Virus record (IMG/VR): IMGVR_UViG_3300025648_000015
Location: 52,146 to 116,145 of that record
Length of the DNA: 64,000 nucleotides
Direction: 5' to 3' (one strand)
From: a virus
The notes beneath the pieces were generated by a model, which worked only from the letters and a program-made list of their open reading frames with translations, ran no database searches and was not told the DNA's origin. This document shows, one piece after another, positions 59,719 to 64,000 of this stretch. Numbering within the stretch: the first letter of the stretch is position 1; every line of letters begins with the position of its first letter. A program made the translations under genes and the position numbers.

Positions 59719-59817
59719 GTACCTTGCTCCTTTCTTATTTGGAGTGATTCTTACTAACTTCTTTATTAATCACCCCATCGGCCCCCTCCCCTCATCGGGA
59801 GGAGACCTGTGCAATGA

Positions 59818-60219
59818 TTAAAACTGGCTTACACCATCACGCTCTGGATTGTACAAATCAATATGCTGATTCTGTACAAGATGGAAGAAAGAGTTCGCGA
59901 TCTTATGTTCCGTACAGCTATTAACTGACTGGAACGGACCGTGCTTAACCTCTGAACGGATCACTTTCTTAGTGTCCTGAAACAGAGATTTTGCGGTGAC
60001 CTCTTTCAACCTGGGAGTACTAGATATAAGTTGCCAGACACCCGCGGGGGAGACTTCCATCTTAACCACCGCAAAGGTATCTGACAAATCAAAACAACCA
60101 ACGTGTATATGATGACGGCCAAAGTACTCCAGCCACTCATCAAAGACATAGCCCAAAGGACTATCTTCTACACGTACTTGATTGTACTTCCAGCACGCGC
60201 TGTGAAGTGTCATTAGCAT
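59818..60219 (-). CDS. Hypothetical protein
   Basis: A-rich leader. Confidence 0.55.
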   Translation of the reverse strand: MLMTLHSACWKYNQVRVEDSPLGYVFDEWLEYFGRHHIHVGCFDLSDTFAVVKMEVSPAGVWQLISSTPRLKEVTAKSLFQDTKKVIRSEVKHGPFQSVNSCTEHKIANSFFHLVQNQHIDLYNPERDGVSQF

Positions 60220-60380
60220 AACACTACCTTACTTTCTTGTTATTTACTTAGCTTGCATACCCCCAAGCCAGGGAAGGATATATCTGTACTCCCGTACATA
60301 GATAACCCTGTAGCCACCACCATACCTTTATATGATGATGACTACACAGCCACCTATAAACTGCATGTATACCTAAGGTA

Positions 60381-60441
60381 TCCACACCACTTTACACCAC
60401 ATCGCTCCACATCAAACCACTATGCTCCATATGAGTACCAT
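60381..60441. repeat. Helically phased CCAC/CCAT repeats (iteron-like)
   Basis: CCAC ends at 60390, 60400, 60410, 60420; CCAT ends at 60430 and 60441. Confidence 0.6.
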
Positions 60442-60613
60442 TATAGTGGTAAAGAGAGTGCCTTAGATATGTGTAAACATGTCTCAAAATATGCCCATTT
60501 TTATAATATATAGGAAATAAACGGCCACATAGCATAATAAGCTATTACCTTACTATGATCCGATCTTATGCCCTAAGTAAATAAGCTATTATATGTATAT
60601 CGGATCGATATAA

Positions 60614-60629
60614 TGTTCCACGTGGAACA
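60614..60629. promoter_or_regulatory. parS site
   Basis: TGTTCCACGTGGAACA, perfect palindrome matching the bacterial parS consensus. Confidence 0.85.
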
Positions 60630-60713
60630 TACTGACTAACATATGCGGAGATCCAATACACCCGTATATTATTTCCTTACTAGGGTATTAGCTTATTAGC
60701 ATAATAGCCTATA

Positions 60714-60729
60714 CGTTCCACGTGAAACA
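60714..60729. promoter_or_regulatory. parS site (second copy)
   Basis: CGTTCCACGTGAAACA, exactly 100 bp from the first. Confidence 0.8.
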
Positions 60730-60742
60730 TATCGAACTTGAA

Positions 60743-61051
60743 TTAGAAGCTTAGCTCTATTCCATCCAGAGCCCACTCTGATACTAATGGGCATATGGTA
60801 TAGGTAAGTTTGATGGGCTTAGATGAGTAGTTTGTTTCCCCGACGACATGCGCGGAGATAGTATCTTCCTCATCATTAATAACCCACTTGGTAGGTGCTA
60901 TACCATAGAACTCAGTCATACTAATGACTGCCATTTCCACGGATGGAAAACTATCTTGTATAACACCACACCTGGTCTTAGCCTTATGGACAATCCTATC
61001 CCATAGAGTAGGCCGGTCAATCCAAGTTATCACAAATCGCTCTTCGATCAT
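60743..61051 (-). CDS. Hypothetical protein
   Basis: SD AAAGGA after TL5. Confidence 0.6.
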   Translation of the reverse strand: MIEERFVITWIDRPTLWDRIVHKAKTRCGVIQDSFPSVEMAVISMTEFYGIAPTKWVINDEEDTISAHVVGETNYSSKPIKLTYTICPLVSEWALDGIELSF

Positions 61052-61099
61052 GATTATATTCCTTTCTCTTACTTATATTTAGTTTCCCCATAAGGGAGC

Positions 61100-61144
61100 A
61101 CCTCGGAGGGGAATCGAACCCCTCCAAGCCCACCAGGGCGAGGT
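61100..61144 (-). ncRNA. Anticodon-less tRNA mimic TL5
   Basis: ACCTC-GCCC(TGGT)GGGC-TT-GGAGGGG-TTCGATT-CCCCTCC-GAGGT-GC. Confidence 0.82.
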
Positions 61145-61164
61145 TACCTACTACTTACAACCTA

Positions 61165-61932
61165 TTACAGGTTGTTCTTGATGCTCTTGAATGTCTCAAG
61201 GAATAGCATCTGCTGGAACAGCTTCTTCTGGTCCTCAGCCATCTCTTCCACAGTCTCCTGTGAGAGCTTGTTGAGTGCTTCAGAGTACGTGTTGATAACA
61301 CCGCTGGCCTGAACGTGGTTCAGAACGGTGTCGTACACTACAGGTGAACCGAGAGCGATTGCACGGTTCTTGGTAGCACCTGTCTCTGGAAGCATGTAGA
61401 ACTTCTGCTGTGCCAGATCCTTAACGTACAGCTTGATGCGTAGCTCAGCACCGTTCAGCTTCTCGTACTGCTCAATTGCAGTTACGATGCCACTGGTTAC
61501 GTACTGGCGCTGACGCAGCACCTCGTAGTACTGACGACCCTTCTTGTCCGTCAACAGTCCAGAGTTGATAATGAACTGTGTACGGGAACGGTTGTACTTA
61601 CCCGAGTACGCCATAGATGGAGTAACGATGTCGCTTGGCTCGATGCGAGTAGCAACTTCTACAAGCTTACGACCGTACTCGAGGTTCTGGTTAGTGAACA
61701 CATCGAATACACGTCCCATGCTGTAGTCGTTGTCTTGCTTAGCCATGCTGATAGCGTTGCCAGCAATCTGGTCGTAGGTGAATCCACCCAAGATCAGATA
61801 CTGAACAGCGTCCACCAACATCGTGTGCTCTGCTGACGACTCCACTGATGTGTCAACGAAGGCTGCACGTAATACTTCTTGTGCCTCCTCTGCTGTCATT
61901 GATACAGTGTTGGATACATTGAATTCTGACAT
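61165..61932 (-). CDS. Hypothetical protein with GC-richer, biased codon usage
   Basis: 255 aa; 31/60 GC in line 61201. Confidence 0.75.
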   Translation of the reverse strand: MSEFNVSNTVSMTAEEAQEVLRAAFVDTSVESSAEHTMLVDAVQYLILGGFTYDQIAGNAISMAKQDNDYSMGRVFDVFTNQNLEYGRKLVEVATRIEPSDIVTPSMAYSGKYNRSRTQFIINSGLLTDKKGRQYYEVLRQRQYVTSGIVTAIEQYEKLNGAELRIKLYVKDLAQQKFYMLPETGATKNRAIALGSPVVYDTVLNHVQASGVINTYSEALNKLSQETVEEMAEDQKKLFQQMLFLETFKSIKNNL

Positions 61933-62024
61933 ATTGTCTTCCTTCTTTTCTTATTTATTTGTTTCCTCAGTTCCGCTGAGTTACCGGTACTGCTGTTACT
62001 CCTGCATCCCTGCAGTGGTAACGT

Positions 62025-62089
62025 CCCTAGGTCAGATTTGACCCTGACCCTCCGTTGGACTGGAGTCTAGGTGGATAGCCTAGATAGGG
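62025..62089 (-). ncRNA. Perfect four-way-junction cloverleaf followed by a GGGA hairpin
   Basis: CCCTA-[TCTAGG/CCTAGA]-[CTCC/GGAG]-[GGTCAG/CTGACC]-TAGGG with no unpaired junction bases. Confidence 0.65.
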
Positions 62090-62096
62090 TAACCCG

Positions 62097-62378
62097 TTAG
62101 TCTGTCAAGACTACGAAGTTAGGCTTGATATCCTCTACCCTGACTTCGTTATAATCGTTGCATATGACGACCTCGATATCACCTGTGCCACTGATAACAG
62201 TGACACAAAGATCTGCCCCGAGTAGACCAGGTATAAACTTCCTATCTGGATCTTTGCGTACCGAGTTCCATCTGTTTTGTACAGCCAACAGAAGTGAACC
62301 TCCATACAGCTCTCTAGGTTGAGGCTCAGGTGTATCTGACCAGATCATTGTTGACCAGGCTAGAATTGTCTCTGACAT
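62097..62378 (-). CDS. Hypothetical protein
   Basis: CAAGTAAGAAAGGA leader. Confidence 0.65.
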   Translation of the reverse strand: MSETILAWSTMIWSDTPEPQPRELYGGSLLLAVQNRWNSVRKDPDRKFIPGLLGADLCVTVISGTGDIEVVICNDYNEVRVEDIKPNFVVLTD

Positions 62379-62470
62379 ATATTTCCTTTCTTACTTGTTA
62401 TTTACTGCAGATGTCTCACGACATGTAGCCACCACCGAGTTACCCCGGTGATGCCAGCCTGTCTAGAGGC

Positions 62471-62659
62471 TTAGTTACAACCACCACACTCACAACCGCA
62501 GTCAGAACAGCAGTGTGTGCGACGTGGTTCCTCAGGTTCAATTACTTCAACCATTGGGGGAGCAAGCTCACCAGACTCAAACTCATCTAGGAACTCATTC
62601 CAGTCATGGAGACCCTGAAGTTGATTGTATTTGTATAAGCTAATGCTCATATTTATCAT
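62471..62659 (-). CDS. Small protein with Cys-rich C-terminus
   Basis: CCSDCGCECGGC; SD AAGGA. Confidence 0.6.
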   Translation of the reverse strand: MINMSISLYKYNQLQGLHDWNEFLDEFESGELAPPMVEVIEPEEPRRTHCCSDCGCECGGCN

Positions 62660-62667
62660 TTCCTTAC

Positions 62668-62856
62668 TTATTTGTTATTGACAATCACAGTGATGAGCGT
62701 AGCCACGACTGAGGCCACACCTGCAACACAACAAACAATCTGTGCTATGCCCATAGTTGTGTACCACGCCATCTGTACAGCTACTGTTGCTGTTATTACA
62801 GACAACAATAAACTGCTCAATAAGACTATGATGATGTCTATACGGTTCATTTTCAT
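62668..62856 (-). CDS. Small two-TM membrane protein (first gene of the minus-strand block)
   Basis: Hydrophobic; SD AAGGAG. Confidence 0.6.
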   Translation of the reverse strand: MKMNRIDIIIVLLSSLLLSVITATVAVQMAWYTTMGIAQIVCCVAGVASVVATLITVIVNNK

Positions 62857-63108
62857 GCTCCTTGTTTTTCTTACTTGTGTATTTGATGTTGCAAGGCATG
62901 GTCCTTAGTTGTACTAACTATATGAGATAGTCCAAAGAAGTTCATAACCTTTTTGTCTATTCGACGCAAGCATCAAAGTAAGGCGTAAAATAGGGAGACA
63001 GATTTTTGCCTTTTCCAGAAACAAAGGGTTTTAGATGGGACCCCTATTGTAGGGAAAAGGTGCCTTAAAAAAAATGGCGGGGACCCCTTGGGGCATTTTT
63101 AGAAACAT

Positions 63109-63139
63109 TGTAAAATAGGGTGCTACTTACTATAGGATA
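63109..63139 (+). promoter_or_regulatory. Putative late promoter (TGTAAAA-N19-GGATA)
   Basis: Approximate match to the 1622/37734 motif. Confidence 0.35.
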
Positions 63140-63159
63140 TAGACACGAAAGGATTCGTC

Positions 63160-63585
63160 ATGCCATTTATCCCCGACCCACTATCCCCATTGGATATTAA
63201 GAATGTAAGAATAGCAAGTCTTTCTAAGACAGCTAATAATGCTCAACATCACGAAGATATGATAGCTCATCATCATAGCGTTGCCAAATCTTTGGATAAC
63301 CTTGCTCAAAGGTATCAAATAAATGGTGATAAAGATTCATACAACAACTTTACAAGTAAAGCAATGGAACACCGTAATATTGCTGATGCTCACAGAGAAG
63401 TAAGAGACTATATGAACAATGTACCAAAACCTGATGACAATCGAGACTATGTTAATTCTGCTGGTACATACCAAAGGGCTGAATGTGAACAATGCAATGG
63501 TAAAGGTGTTTCTAGGAAAAACACACAATGTGGACATTGCCGTGGCACTGGTTCTAAGATTACTTTCAATAATAATCCAAAATAA
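63160..63585 (+). CDS. Hypothetical protein with DnaJ-type CxxCxGxG Zn finger
   Basis: CEQCNGKG...CGHCRGTG. Confidence 0.7.
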   Translation: MPFIPDPLSPLDIKNVRIASLSKTANNAQHHEDMIAHHHSVAKSLDNLAQRYQINGDKDSYNNFTSKAMEHRNIADAHREVRDYMNNVPKPDDNRDYVNSAGTYQRAECEQCNGKGVSRKNTQCGHCRGTGSKITFNNNPK

Positions 63586-63866
63586 TGGCTACAGCAAAAC
63601 CAAAGACAACAAAGATAGAAGCACCTATAGAGGAAGCTCTACAAGGCCTCAGTGATGTTCTACAAGAAGAAGCTAAAGTAGAAGAAGTAGTTATTGCGGA
63701 AGCTGTCGAAGAAGCTTTGGTAGAAGAGCCTGTAGCCGTAGAAGCAATCGTAGAGGCCTCACAAGCCCCTGTAGAGGAAGTAACCCCTCCAGTAGCACCA
63801 TTCGGTAGCAAACCTATTTGGCATGGTGCAATGACAGGTCAAATCCATAAGCAAAGGAACCAGTAA
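63585..63866 (+). CDS. Acidic hypothetical protein
   Basis: E/V/A-rich; coupled. Confidence 0.65.
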   Translation: MATAKPKTTKIEAPIEEALQGLSDVLQEEAKVEEVVIAEAVEEALVEEPVAVEAIVEASQAPVEEVTPPVAPFGSKPIWHGAMTGQIHKQRNQ

Positions 63867-63867
63867 T

Positions 63868-64000
63868 ATGAACTGGAACCAACGTTACGCTAATGATAAT
63901 TCATTATATGACTTTTCTAACTTTTATGAAAAGTTCAATAGCGATGCTGATAAGTATAATAAAGGAAAAGCTGAAGAGTATGAAAATTACCATAATGGTA
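63868..64000 (+). CDS. Protein with N-terminal WNQRYA motif (3' truncated)
   Basis: MNWNQRYANDNSLY... runs off the window. Confidence 0.65.
   Translation, partial: MNWNQRYANDNSLYDFSNFYEKFNSDADKYNKGKAEEYENYHNG

Noticed and set aside
59779-59810. CCGATGAG as a fifth hammerhead core
   Set aside because: No matching GAAA/stem III/NUH; it is the loop region of a simple GC-rich hairpin.
60253-60513. + strand 86-aa ORF
   Set aside because: It runs against the strand of the block, has no SD, and its His/Tyr/Thr bias simply reflects the CCAC repeats.
51673-61144. Annotating TL1-TL5 as tRNA genes or decayed pseudo-tRNAs
   Set aside because: They have no anticodon arm and no encoded CCA. Uniform length and compensatory changes argue for a maintained distinct motif rather than decay.
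61960-62024. Twister or pistol ribozyme
   Set aside because: I could not place the conserved twister L4/pseudoknot or pistol core residues; kept only as unexplained structure.

Overview
This window is 64 kb of a large, AT-rich, apparently lytic tailed phage with a contractile-type baseplate. The host is very probably an actinobacterium: there are two WhiB regulators, two Rpf-like transglycosylases, an MSMEG_6728-type DNA glycosylase and parS sites. Layout: (1) 1-8.7 kb, + strand, baseplate/tail genes. (2) 8.7-37.7 kb, + strand, middle genes: SNF2-type helicase, three glycosyltransferases, tRNA-Arg, HslV-like protease, 5'-3' exonuclease, LuxC-like acyl-CoA reductase, helicase loader, DnaB, primase, SSB, GroES, DnaE, RecA, nucleases and a sigma-region-4 protein. 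(3) 37.7-48.2 kb, + strand, presumed late/head cluster ending in the terminase large subunit. (4) 48.2-62.9 kb, - strand, presumed early region of small genes. (5) 63.1-64 kb, + strand, more late-type genes. The main discovery is in block 4, where nearly every intergenic gap holds a compact structured RNA just after the upstream stop codon and before an A-rich ribosome-binding leader. These are four type II hammerhead ribozymes (three different core variants, all with a loop-I pseudoknot) and five 41-45 nt anticodon-less tRNA mimics, each a 12-position acceptor+T helix with a TTCGA(C/T)T loop and a GG-containing D-like linker. There are also a CCA-ended minihelix, a perfect four-way junction and a ~550 nt pseudoknot-rich ncRNA candidate with an anti-Shine-Dalgarno loop. 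Together they look like a system that cuts one early polycistronic transcript into individually protected mRNAs. One gene+ribozyme unit is flanked by a 41-bp direct repeat, which suggests the units are mobile cassettes. The same block holds a candidate origin (10-bp-phased CCAC repeats, an AT-rich tract, and two parS sites 100 bp apart). All calls were made by eye from motifs and base-pairing; no database searches or folding programs were run.
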